A DNA stretch of 64,000 nt from Promethearchaeota archaeon (GCA_048938445.1 JBHLME010000003.1:1-64000), one strand, 5' to 3'; positions 51,294 to 61,047 are shown, numbered from the stretch's first letter. The notes: a model not told the origin generated them from the sequence alone. Numbers and translations: made by a program.

Positions 51294-52538
51294 TTAGTAA
51301 AAAGTATTAAGTCTTAAACAACATAATAATTCTTGCTCTTCGTCCATCAATTGGATATTTTCATCAATCTTTCCATGATATTGATTGAAAACAATATAGT
51401 CTTCGAATGAATCTTCATTTTTATTATATCTCCAACTTGGAATATAACCTCTTGGGGATAAACCTAACTCAAAGAATATTTTTTGGTGTTCAGGTTTATG
51501 GGCACTCACGAATACTTCTATATATCTGACTTTTAAACTCCGGGATTGTTTAATGAGTTGATTTGCAAGCACGTATAACTCGTTGATATCCGATATTTGA
51601 TATTTCGTTTTTTCTATGTTTTGTACTCGTGGTGTGTGTAAAAAGGAGATGAATGAATCTGTTCCTTTAATAAAAATTTTATATTTTTCATATCCAAAAT
51701 TATCTCTCGAAACTTCAATATTGAGCCGATGCATTAATTCATTTACAGTTGTAGAATCAAATTGAGGGATAGAATGATAAATCTCATACTCACCTAAATT
51801 ATATCGCTCATCAGAATACTTAAACACACCCACGACTTCTGAAATGATGCAAGGAACTTTAACAGACCTCATTTCTGTGAGCGCTATCATGTCGTAACAT
51901 ATTGCAAGAACATCCGACTCAGGTTTTTCAAAAAAATTATCTTTATTTGGATAGATCGCAACAGGATGAAAGCCACCATGACGCGTGACATATTGTACCT
52001 TAGCGTGGGCAGTGCGATTTTCTGAATACCATCTGAAGATTTTCCCGTCATATTTTATATAATTAGAAACATAACATCCAATACAAGCTTTTAAAATGTC
52101 AAATTCTCCTATGAATTTTTTCTTCACAATGAGACCGCGAGCATATCCCCGTTTTTCTTCAAAATCTAAAACAAACGTGAAACTCCCGCACATTTCTTTT
52201 GTCTTGGGATGTATGAATACGAACCATTCAATATCATCCCTTTCCAACATGTCTCTTATAAATTCATGATCTTCCATTTCCTTGTAAGGATATGATCCTT
52301 CATAAACATCTCTATAGGTAAAAATGATCTCATCAATATCATCAACATTTGCTTTTCGTATGATGGGATTAATTTTTCTTAAGGATGTTCTCTCATGAAT
52401 GTTAAAATTAAATAACGTTCCAGAATCAAAATCGAAACCTTCCATTAGACTGAAAGTTTTGAGATAATCTTGGGTATATTTAGACATTATTTCAGAACGA
52501 TAAAAATCCAAGTCATCATTAAAACATAGTAAAGCCAT
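51294..52538 (-). CDS. tandem GNAT-fold protein
   Basis: Y.GSYPY, E.RTAH...Q, GF.PV..YP, second domain LGLSPRGYIP. Confidence 0.7.
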   Translation of the reverse strand: MALLCFNDDLDFYRSEIMSKYTQDYLKTFSLMEGFDFDSGTLFNFNIHERTSLRKINPIIRKANVDDIDEIIFTYRDVYEGSYPYKEMEDHEFIRDMLERDDIEWFVFIHPKTKEMCGSFTFVLDFEEKRGYARGLIVKKKFIGEFDILKACIGCYVSNYIKYDGKIFRWYSENRTAHAKVQYVTRHGGFHPVAIYPNKDNFFEKPESDVLAICYDMIALTEMRSVKVPCIISEVVGVFKYSDERYNLGEYEIYHSIPQFDSTTVNELMHRLNIEVSRDNFGYEKYKIFIKGTDSFISFLHTPRVQNIEKTKYQISDINELYVLANQLIKQSRSLKVRYIEVFVSAHKPEHQKIFFELGLSPRGYIPSWRYNKNEDSFEDYIVFNQYHGKIDENIQLMDEEQELLCCLRLNTFY

Positions 52539-52685
52539 AAAAAATACCTTATAATATGATTACCACATATTCTTTTTAGAACTATTTAAATGAAAAAAAG
52601 GGTAGGTATAAAACTCAGTGAAAATATTTGAGATATTGAAGGATTTTATTTCATATCATTTTCGTCAAATATGAGAATTTAAATA

Positions 52686-53252
52686 TTAATTTTTGATTTT
52701 ATTTAAAAGCCAAACGAGATTTTTTCCTAGAATCTTTACATCTTTTTTTCCTTCAGAATCATTTTGGATTTCCCCAGAATATGCACCAATTCCTATAGCA
52801 TAACCTAAAATAATCATTTCGTTTACATAAAAAAAGAAATTCACTGTGTTTAAAGACTGTATTCCACCTTGTCTCCTTTTTGCTATGATGATAGCACCAA
52901 TTTTTCTTTTAAATTCAGTTTTATTATTCAAAGAAATAAAACCCGTCCTCTCAATAAGGCATCTCATTTTTCCTGGAACATCGCCTAAATAAACTGGTGC
53001 TCCAAATATAATTGCATCTGCTTCGACCATTTTAGTATATATTTCATTAAGATCATCTTTTTGAATACATCTACCTTTATTCTTTGCACACTTATAACAA
53101 GATAAACATGTATTTATTGTTTTTCCCGCTAATTGTATTATTTCAGTTTCAATTACATTACTTTCTTCTTTTATTGAGTCAAAAACCATTTCAATTAACT
53201 GAAAAGTATTGCCCTTTGGACGGGGGCTACCATTGATTGCCAAAACTTTCAT
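52686..53252 (-). CDS. iron-sulfur flavoprotein (flavodoxin-like, Isf family)
   Basis: INGSPR..GNT, CLSCYKC-x6-C..DD, ADAIIFGAPVY. Confidence 0.9.
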   Translation of the reverse strand: MKVLAINGSPRPKGNTFQLIEMVFDSIKEESNVIETEIIQLAGKTINTCLSCYKCAKNKGRCIQKDDLNEIYTKMVEADAIIFGAPVYLGDVPGKMRCLIERTGFISLNNKTEFKRKIGAIIIAKRRQGGIQSLNTVNFFFYVNEMIILGYAIGIGAYSGEIQNDSEGKKDVKILGKNLVWLLNKIKN

Positions 53253-53675
53253 ATTTAAGTTATCACCATCATATTTTGGTTATTTTTTTCTCCATTTTTA
53301 TTCATAAATACTATTAATTTTAGAGTGGATCTATTAAGGGAAAAATATAGAAAATATAAACACTACGGGGGGAACTTTTAGTTGGAAAATCCTGGATGTT
53401 AACGTAGCATCAAATTGAGGTAATCCTTTATTTAATTTTCTATTTCTCTTTAGTTTCTTTTTTAATTCTATTTTTATTCAAATAAATGATTTCTAAATTT
53501 CCCTCCAATTATTGACTCTAATGGTACCCTAATATCAAACATTCTATTTAAAAAAATGGGATGGAAATTATGGTCAAATTTATCTCCCACCACTGAATTT
53601 TGCACCAACCCAAAATTTTTTCTTTAAATATATATGATTGAAAAAATCACAAAATATGAAGAAAAGTGATTATGA

Positions 53676-54845
53676 TTGTTAGTTTTAGAAACAATAAAAG
53701 TAAATGAAGCTACAAGTATCAAGGAAATTAAAGAAGTATTAGAAGATCTACTCTATGTACCAGATGAACGAGTAAAAGTTAAAGTAATTGAGGAATATTG
53801 TATATATCTAGATTCAAAGTCTAAAAATAGTAATTATGAAATAAAATCATTCATTGCCCGAGTTAATGAGATTCCAGTTGGAATTGCAACGTGTTACATT
53901 CATCCAAGTTATACAAGTTATGGACGAAAGTGTGGAGTAATAGGGTGGCTTTACGTAAGCAATATTGATATATGTAAAGAATTAATTGCTCGATGTGAAT
54001 CATTTTTCATTAAACAGGGAATTAATAAAGTTCGAAGTGGAATAAATTTTCCGAAAAGTTTAGGGGGTATTGGGTTTCAAGTTAAAGGATTTAATGAACA
54101 AATGTTATATGGAGTGGCGTTTTCCTCACCCGAACAAAACGAGCTTAAATTTTTAATTGAATTGGGATATCAAGTCGAATGTAACTATACATGTTTACGA
54201 GTATCATCCAAAACATGGGATAAAGGAAAAAAGATAAATGGTAATATTAAGTTTAAATACGTGCCATTGAAAGAGATAATTGCAATACATGAACAGGTGC
54301 AAGAGCTTTCAAATAACTCTTTCCAAGGAATATTACCCGACACTTCAGGTGGAAGGTTTGAAGAGTTCATTTATGCTTTTAAACAAATGCCCGAAAATAA
54401 ATCCACTTTAAACCATGATATCAAGCTAAAAGAGCTTTCCAATAATCCCGCTTTTTTAAACGCATGGGAATCTTGTGATCTCGAATATATCACTCCCTTA
54501 ATGCCGATGGCTTTTGAAAAAAAAACAAATGAATTAATTGGGGTGTTATTAGGCCTACCAGACTTATATGAGCATTGGAATGGCAAGAAAATAACAAGAG
54601 TCAATGTTGACACGGCAATCGTGAGAAAAGACTATAAAGGAAAGGGAATATTCTCGGCTCTAAATAACATAGGACAATTAACATGTAGTTTATATGGAAT
54701 GACATATTTCGAAGGCACGACCGTGTGGACGGGAAACTCTCGGGGCGTGAACAACACGGATGCAATAAATTCAATAATGCCACATTGCATTCCAATAAGA
54801 AAACATGTAGTTCTCCAAAAAAGATTGAGGAGAAAACTTGGATAG
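53676..54845 (+). CDS. YghO-like tandem GNAT acyltransferase
   Basis: G.IGW...ELI..CE.F..QG..VRSGINF...G..V.GF; C-terminal LPDL and VRKDYKGKGI acyl-CoA motif. Confidence 0.72.
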   Translation: MLVLETIKVNEATSIKEIKEVLEDLLYVPDERVKVKVIEEYCIYLDSKSKNSNYEIKSFIARVNEIPVGIATCYIHPSYTSYGRKCGVIGWLYVSNIDICKELIARCESFFIKQGINKVRSGINFPKSLGGIGFQVKGFNEQMLYGVAFSSPEQNELKFLIELGYQVECNYTCLRVSSKTWDKGKKINGNIKFKYVPLKEIIAIHEQVQELSNNSFQGILPDTSGGRFEEFIYAFKQMPENKSTLNHDIKLKELSNNPAFLNAWESCDLEYITPLMPMAFEKKTNELIGVLLGLPDLYEHWNGKKITRVNVDTAIVRKDYKGKGIFSALNNIGQLTCSLYGMTYFEGTTVWTGNSRGVNNTDAINSIMPHCIPIRKHVVLQKRLRRKLG

Positions 54846-54902
54846 AATTTTATTAAAAAAACGATATTTTATTTCTTTTTTTATTTAAATAATCTGGATT
54901 AA

Positions 54903-55637
54903 ATGGAGTATTCAATATTAAATCAGTTAATATCATTATTAGTGAAAATAATGACAAATAATCATGATTATTCTTTTTTTGGACAAATTACTGGTTTGAT
55001 TCTATCAAGCAGTTCTAGATCACAACCTTATCTTTTCTTCAAATGCGTGAAGAAGAAAAATGATGATACCTGGGAAAAATTAAAACAGGGAGAAGGCAAG
55101 ACAGTCAAGATATCGCTTGAAGAAATCGTGATGATCAAGAAAGTGCTTGAAAAAAGATCAACAGACTGGTCTACATTCCACAAACATGAAGGAATAAACA
55201 CTAAAATTTCCTTTAAATGGAGTGATAACAGGGTTAACGTGAGCATAGGTGACTATTTTAAGCCATTAACTGAAGCTCAAACTGAAATTATGAAAAATCT
55301 TATAGATCATATCTATTATGAAAAAATTGAATATGCGACTATTCTTTCAGGATCAAATTATACTACGAGAAAACTTCAAGGGGTAGTTAAAACAAATGAA
55401 CCATTAAACTTGAGAGTAGAAGAGGTGAAAGTAGAAAAAGAAACTCGGAATGTTAACATTAATGGTGTCGTGAACGGAGAGACTACCAAGGCACTTATGA
55501 TCCACTTTAGAAGTGGAAATGAGTCGTGGATTCCAAAATCCACCATACATTCGAAATATGATACAAGTAACTTGGATGAGCAAGAGTTCTTGATTGAAGA
55601 ATGGATTTTAAAAAAAAATGATATAATTACTATATGA
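54903..55637 (+). CDS. hypothetical protein, possible Whirly/PC4-like nucleic-acid-binding fold plus small C-terminal beta domain
   Basis: W.K...K.VKISLEEI, TFH, KPLTEAQ; C-terminal ETTKALMI...WIPKS; start may be ATG 54951. Confidence 0.75.
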   Translation: MEYSILNQLISLLVKIMTNNHDYSFFGQITGLILSSSSRSQPYLFFKCVKKKNDDTWEKLKQGEGKTVKISLEEIVMIKKVLEKRSTDWSTFHKHEGINTKISFKWSDNRVNVSIGDYFKPLTEAQTEIMKNLIDHIYYEKIEYATILSGSNYTTRKLQGVVKTNEPLNLRVEEVKVEKETRNVNINGVVNGETTKALMIHFRSGNESWIPKSTIHSKYDTSNLDEQEFLIEEWILKKNDIITI

Positions 55638-56904
55638 TACTTTTTTTGTAAATATCGCTAATAATGTCTAATAACTTTTTCTTGAATAAAGGAAAATTTG
55701 AAATTTTCAAATCAAACTTCTTTTCCTGGTGACTTATTTTGTTACCAAACAATACTCTTTCAATCCCTGTCATAACGTTTGATAATGATATTGATAATTC
55801 TGAAAAATTAAAGTTTATTTCTTTATTAGTTATATTACCAGAACTATTGACTTCAGTATCTTGGATGGATCTTTTCTTAATGTGTGATTTAAAAGGCAAG
55901 AGCTCATTAATTTCATTTAAAGGAATATTTAAATTCTCGAAAAGCTTTTGAAATTCATCTTTAAGTTCATCAGTCAATTTAATATCCGTGAATCTCATTG
56001 AAATCCACTCCTCTAAAAAATCCTTTGATATTCCATTCTTCCAATGATTATTCCGCAAGTAATCATAAAGCTTTTGGGGATTAAAAAGCTGTTCGAGCTC
56101 CAAATTAGCAGGATTTACTTTTCGGGATTGATAATCATGTAATGTAAGAGTGAATTCTTTTGCAACATCCCGGTTCTGGGTGATGATGAGTTCATACTCA
56201 TGGGAAAAGGAGGGAAATCCACTTGAAAATGAAGAGCTACTATTTAATGTAATTAATCTACTAATATTCACTTTTGGAAGGATGATGTCAAAATATGTCT
56301 CGACAAATGCTAGAATTTTTGACCAATATTTTTTAGGGTAATCTCTTAAAATTACTGGTAATGAGTCTAATTTTCCCACTTCGATGTAATCCTTGAATAT
56401 TCGTGTCGCTGAGGCTTTAATTTTTTGAATGGTATCGAGTAGAATGTCTGGATTTTTAGACATCATGATGAGATGACGTTCAAATTCAATATCCCTATCA
56501 TTAAACTCGTGGTTAAGAAAGGTCTTGGTCTTTTTATTATAAAACACGAAACGTTCAGCATTAGCCAAGGATCCCGCATTTTCCTTGACATTTAAGATGC
56601 ATCGTATGCCTTCAATCTCCAAGATTTCTTTCAGTTTTTCATTGTCGAGATTATAAACAAGAAATAAATTAGGATTTTGAGAATAAGAATTCACCGTCTC
56701 GCCTTCAATGATTTCTTTTAGGTTATAAAGAGCTGTAGATTCGATATCAACTATATTATGACCAACAGTAAAGGTCTCTAAGGCGTGCAAGTGTTTTAAA
56801 TCAACATATGGAAATATGACTAGATTCTTCTGTTGAAAGAAGAGAATGTTAAGAAATTCAGGTTTGATGAAATCTAGACCTGCATCCATCTTTAGTGCCT
56901 CCAA
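55630..56904 (-). CDS. hypothetical protein, third gene of the mglB-mglA operon
   Basis: 424-aa ORF starting 23 nt after mglA on the same strand. Confidence 0.8.
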   Translation of the reverse strand: MEALKMDAGLDFIKPEFLNILFFQQKNLVIFPYVDLKHLHALETFTVGHNIVDIESTALYNLKEIIEGETVNSYSQNPNLFLVYNLDNEKLKEILEIEGIRCILNVKENAGSLANAERFVFYNKKTKTFLNHEFNDRDIEFERHLIMMSKNPDILLDTIQKIKASATRIFKDYIEVGKLDSLPVILRDYPKKYWSKILAFVETYFDIILPKVNISRLITLNSSSSFSSGFPSFSHEYELIITQNRDVAKEFTLTLHDYQSRKVNPANLELEQLFNPQKLYDYLRNNHWKNGISKDFLEEWISMRFTDIKLTDELKDEFQKLFENLNIPLNEINELLPFKSHIKKRSIQDTEVNSSGNITNKEINFNFSELSISLSNVMTGIERVLFGNKISHQEKKFDLKISNFPLFKKKLLDIISDIYKKSII

Positions 56905-56927
56905 AAAACATTTTTATAAATAATTTA

Positions 56928-57587
56928 TTATATTTGTTCTCTGAAATACCCATAAATGACCTCGATCATCAAGTTTTCAAAACATGGAACTATATTATCA
57001 CCCTTCAAGGCATTTGTTGGATAAACCACGAGCGATCCATCTGGATACTGAATATCTGAGGGAAGACCTAATTGCTTCTTGAATGTATCCATTTTAATTG
57101 CATTTTCTATGTCTCTCTTATTTAATTGAATGACAAAAGGTATTTGCTTTTTGTTAGTAAAGCTAATGAGTTCTCTAAAACTTCGCTTGTTTTGTTCTAA
57201 TTTCTCTATATCAGAATCACCTACAAAAACGATACCATCAGCACCATCTAATACGTATTCTCGTGTTGAAAGAAATCGTTCTTGTCCTGTACACGTTACG
57301 ACTTGGACAATTATTTTATAATTTTGTTCTGCAAATGTGAAATCAAATGATAAAAACAGGGAATCTTGCCATAACGTCCTGCCATCCGTCGTTTCTATAG
57401 AGAATCCATTATTAATCCTTGTAAGACCAAATTTTTCTCTCAAGCGATAAAAATTCGTCGTTTTCCCCGATTCTCCAGGACCCCAATACACAATCTTGAA
57501 CTGGATTAGTTGATCATTCCTTTTCTCCTTATAATCCTTGCTTGAAGCACTTTCTTCTTTTTTGATTCCATCTGATTTAAGGCTCAT
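56928..57587 (-). CDS. mglA: MglA-like small GTPase
   Basis: KIVYWGPGESGKTTN, T.DGRTL (MglA Arg), TCTGQ, VL.GADGIVFV.DS, NKRD; GGAG SD. Confidence 0.88.
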   Translation of the reverse strand: MSLKSDGIKKEESASSKDYKEKRNDQLIQFKIVYWGPGESGKTTNFYRLREKFGLTRINNGFSIETTDGRTLWQDSLFLSFDFTFAEQNYKIIVQVVTCTGQERFLSTREYVLDGADGIVFVGDSDIEKLEQNKRSFRELISFTNKKQIPFVIQLNKRDIENAIKMDTFKKQLGLPSDIQYPDGSLVVYPTNALKGDNIVPCFENLMIEVIYGYFREQI

Positions 57588-57608
57588 AATTACATCTCCC
57601 TCATGTTC

Positions 57609-58157
57609 TTAAGATATGGATCCTATCTTATCACTAAATATCTCTTTTTTCATCTTTTTAATATGTTCCTTGAGTTCTCGCTCGGTCATTTTCAGTGTAT
57701 TTTTGATAGAACCATTTTTTTCGATTAAATTCTTAATTTTTTGAGCAAATCGTCCCATTTGTAAATTAATAACACCAATATTTACTTCTTTATCAGACAA
57801 GAGAACAATTAGTATCTCTCTCTTGCCCTTTCTACTGAGTGAAACCGTTCCTATTGATTTCACATATAGCATCATGTTATTATAAATGATTGTGGCTCGC
57901 TCTAATGCTTCTGCCTCAAAAAAGTCTTGACCTTGCCGTGCCACGCCATAAAGTGCAGCACCTATGGAGCTCAAATCCCAGTAATTCAACTTTTTGTCAA
58001 ACCGAGAATCAACGGCTATTAGTTTTGCGTCTTGATCGATGGCAATGAGACCGTAAATGTAACCTCTCCTGGTAAGTTTTCCATATTGCATTTTGATGTC
58101 ATCTAACACACCTGTAATCTCATTTTTATACAATATTTTTGGTATACTATTTATCAT
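57609..58157 (-). CDS. roadblock/MglB-like protein with C-terminal helical extension
   Basis: GLIAIDQDAKLIA, LSSIGAALYGVAR, ILIVL....NIG.I.L; immediately upstream of mglA. Confidence 0.8.
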   Translation of the reverse strand: MINSIPKILYKNEITGVLDDIKMQYGKLTRRGYIYGLIAIDQDAKLIAVDSRFDKKLNYWDLSSIGAALYGVARQGQDFFEAEALERATIIYNNMMLYVKSIGTVSLSRKGKREILIVLLSDKEVNIGVINLQMGRFAQKIKNLIEKNGSIKNTLKMTERELKEHIKKMKKEIFSDKIGSIS

Positions 58158-58286
58158 TAACTGATAAACCTCATTTTTAATATTATTGAAATAAAGATAT
58201 AATAGAACTATTTAAAGAAAAAAACAATATGGTTTTTTAAAATAGATTTAAGTTACATAAAAAAATGAAATTAAAACTATCTTCAA

Positions 58287-59207
58287 TTATAGTTTTTTTA
58301 ATATAGATTTTTTAGTAAGATGAACCTGTTTAGTTCTCGTGTATGAATTTTCTTTGATAATTACATTAGATAACATTATTTCATCACCATCAATCATCTG
58401 CTTTAAACAATTAACAGCATCCATACCCCACGCAATTACTTGAATGCTATCACTGTCATCACTCAAGTAAAACCTCAATAAAAAAGTTTTTTCACCATTT
58501 TTCGAAATTTTTTCTAAAAATTCTTCAATATGAACGATACCAGAGATATTTGTTATAAAACCATCCTTTTCAAGCGCCACAGAAATTTTAATAGGATTTA
58601 AATCTAAAATTGAAGATTTCATATATTCTCTAAATAATTTAGGAATTTTTTTATTCACATCTTCTTCAAGAGGTGCTAAAATGATTTTTCCTTTCTTGCC
58701 TAAATGGACTTCCAATTGATCCTTAATCCCCATCTTAGAATATCCCCCAATGATTCTCACAATCTCATTAAACATAAAATAATCATTCTTCATCACGTCA
58801 ACTTGAGAGTCCCAAAGCACGATCTTGATGCTTCCAGAACCATCATTAATGGTAAAAGACCCTACAATTCCTTTGGTACCATCTTTCCTTGTAAATTCTC
58901 TAATTGGATAAATTCTTTCAATCCTCCCAATGATTACGATACTGCTCATTCCATCTTCAACTAGGGAGATATCGATTGTAAAATCATCATAGTCAAAATC
59001 CTCTTCCATAAAATCAATGTCTTCTAGATTATTATTAGTACCCCTAATGTTCACACCCATTTCCTTAGCTATGACAAAAAGAATGGCTTCATTCGACATG
59101 AAGCCACCTAAAATTTGGGCTTTTTTATTAATCTGATGCTCAATTTCTGACTCGGTCATTCCAGCATTAATAAGTGCTTGATATAAATCATCAACATCCG
59201 GAATCAT
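58287..59207 (-). CDS. rpa: replication protein A-like (N-terminal helical domain + 2 OB folds)
   Basis: GG.MS.EA.L..IAKEMGV, REFTRKDGTKG.V...DGSGSIKIVLW, D.SDSIQVIAW; ATG at 59207. Confidence 0.9.
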   Translation of the reverse strand: MIPDVDDLYQALINAGMTESEIEHQINKKAQILGGFMSNEAILFVIAKEMGVNIRGTNNNLEDIDFMEEDFDYDDFTIDISLVEDGMSSIVIIGRIERIYPIREFTRKDGTKGIVGSFTINDGSGSIKIVLWDSQVDVMKNDYFMFNEIVRIIGGYSKMGIKDQLEVHLGKKGKIILAPLEEDVNKKIPKLFREYMKSSILDLNPIKISVALEKDGFITNISGIVHIEEFLEKISKNGEKTFLLRFYLSDDSDSIQVIAWGMDAVNCLKQMIDGDEIMLSNVIIKENSYTRTKQVHLTKKSILKKL

Positions 59208-59217
59208 TGAAAAACAA

Positions 59218-59808
59218 CTAATTTTGATTAATTCCGAGAATATTTCTCGTTCTATGAAAAGCATATGCTGAGCAATTGCATAATGCTCTCAAGTTTTTCT
59301 GGATTAATCTTTCATTTTTATCAATGTTTTTATCGTTCATGTCAGTAACAAAAATCACGACACATATCTGAGTGCTCATTTTAGGCCAAAATACTTTTTT
59401 TCTTAATTTTTTTAATAAAATTCGTAGGTTCGTGCGTGCTCTCTCATAATCAAACACGGGAGCAAGCCGATGGATTTTATGCAGATAACATCGCACTTTT
59501 CTCTCGAGCTTTTTAGGTTCAGGCTCCCAGATCATCGTGTAACTCCTATAAAACTCATTTATTAGATTCAAATCAAAAAGAAACCTCTCAATTATAGATT
59601 TAACGGTCTCAATGTTAACACCGGTATATAGGGACAGTTCAAGATAACACTGATCAGATACCTCTTTTAGTAACATAGTATCCTGGCTAATAGGGAAGTT
59701 TCGCAAGAGCAAGCTTAATACCAAGGTTTTAATTTTCCTTGATGCATATCTGGAGTAATTATTTAGAACCAATGGTGTTATTTCTTTAATTTCTATAATC
59801 GCTTTCAT
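59218..59808 (-). CDS. hypothetical protein, possible degenerate TFB/cyclin-fold
   Basis: ELSLYTGVNIETVKSII and ICVVIFV..IQKNLRALCNCSAYAFHRTRNIL resemble TFB repeat HTH segments; fold call tentative. Confidence 0.7.
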   Translation of the reverse strand: MKAIIEIKEITPLVLNNYSRYASRKIKTLVLSLLLRNFPISQDTMLLKEVSDQCYLELSLYTGVNIETVKSIIERFLFDLNLINEFYRSYTMIWEPEPKKLERKVRCYLHKIHRLAPVFDYERARTNLRILLKKLRKKVFWPKMSTQICVVIFVTDMNDKNIDKNERLIQKNLRALCNCSAYAFHRTRNILGINQN

Positions 59809-59959
59809 CTTATTTTTCCTTTTTATAACGGTTTTGCTTGATTAATCGATAAAAACTATAATTCTAATTTTCTTTATCTTGGTTATTTATAAATAAAAAA
59901 TATTTTAGGTTTGTTCTGACATAATTTGAGAATGTAAATATAACTAAGAAATAGTGGAT

Positions 59960-60538
59960 TTAAGTAGTAATTTCTATATTTTGAATAATTTTAAAAATTT
60001 CCTTCCAATTATAAACTCTAATCACGTTATGTTCGCATGTTGAATCTTGATTCCACGGTTGGTTAAATAATAATAAAAACCTATCCTTTAGTTTTTTTAT
60101 TGGTTCTACCAAGTTAGGATTATCATCAACATAAACATGATATTCATATGTTAATTTCACATCATAAGGAGTTTCTGGTACGACAATCATCTCCTTATAA
60201 TGAATATCTTTCTTTAAATCATGCAATTCTAGCTGTTTTTCTAAAGAATTCCTACATTTTGAATCTAATGCTGATAGAATATGCACTTCATGCATTTTAT
60301 TTAGTTTTTCCATGTAAATAAGAGCATCATCATCAATAAAAGGAATTTCCTCTGGATGTTCCATAGTTTTATAAAAAAATGTGATAAATTCTTCAGCAGT
60401 TAAATTTAATTCTTCATAAAAGTCCCATCGTTTAATATCTTCTTTAACATGCTGAGTTTTAAATGTTTCATTGTAAATTTTAATAAATATTTCTATATTA
60501 TCTAACAATACGCCAACTACATCAATAGCTATTTTCAT
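59960..60538 (-). CDS. 5'(3')-deoxyribonucleotidase-like HAD
   Basis: IAIDVVGVL, LSA, K, YVDDNP, FNQPWN, RV.NW; the second Asp of DxD is replaced (DVV). Confidence 0.85.
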   Translation of the reverse strand: MKIAIDVVGVLLDNIEIFIKIYNETFKTQHVKEDIKRWDFYEELNLTAEEFITFFYKTMEHPEEIPFIDDDALIYMEKLNKMHEVHILSALDSKCRNSLEKQLELHDLKKDIHYKEMIVVPETPYDVKLTYEYHVYVDDNPNLVEPIKKLKDRFLLLFNQPWNQDSTCEHNVIRVYNWKEIFKIIQNIEITT

Positions 60539-60729
60539 AGTAATTTAGATTCACATGTGATTTTTTTAAAGATTCAAAAGATCCTATAACATTAAAATAT
60601 GTTGATTATAGAATAATTTTTATTTTTTTTATAATAACATCCCCAAATTTCAATTCTCTCCTTAATTTTTTCCTTTAAATATTCTCACGGTATATATTGT
60701 TTTAAAAATGATTTATTCCGTGATAAATA

Positions 60730-61047
60730 GTGAAAAAATTAGTAGAAATTGGGACATGTCCAAAATGTCAATGCTCAATCTATATTTATAAAACTAATCA
60801 ACACAAGCGATTTGCTAAGTGTGAAGGTTGTGAAACATCATATCCCCTTCCTAAAAGGGGCTCATTGAGCATTTCTGCATTAATTTGCCCTCTAAGATCC
60901 TTTCCTATACTAATCGTGGACAAGCAAGGTAATACGTCCTATTTTTGGGCAGATCAACCGTGCTTTAGTTGCATAAACTATGATAATTGTAAACCTGTAA
61001 ATGAGTTAATTGAAGAATTCATCGAGTTAGAGGTGCATAGATATTAA
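60730..61047 (+). CDS. stand-alone topoisomerase-type zinc-ribbon protein
   Basis: IG.CPKC, RFAKCEGC..SYPLP..G, CP, CFSC...C. Confidence 0.8.
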   Translation: MKKLVEIGTCPKCQCSIYIYKTNQHKRFAKCEGCETSYPLPKRGSLSISALICPLRSFPILIVDKQGNTSYFWADQPCFSCINYDNCKPVNELIEEFIELEVHRY

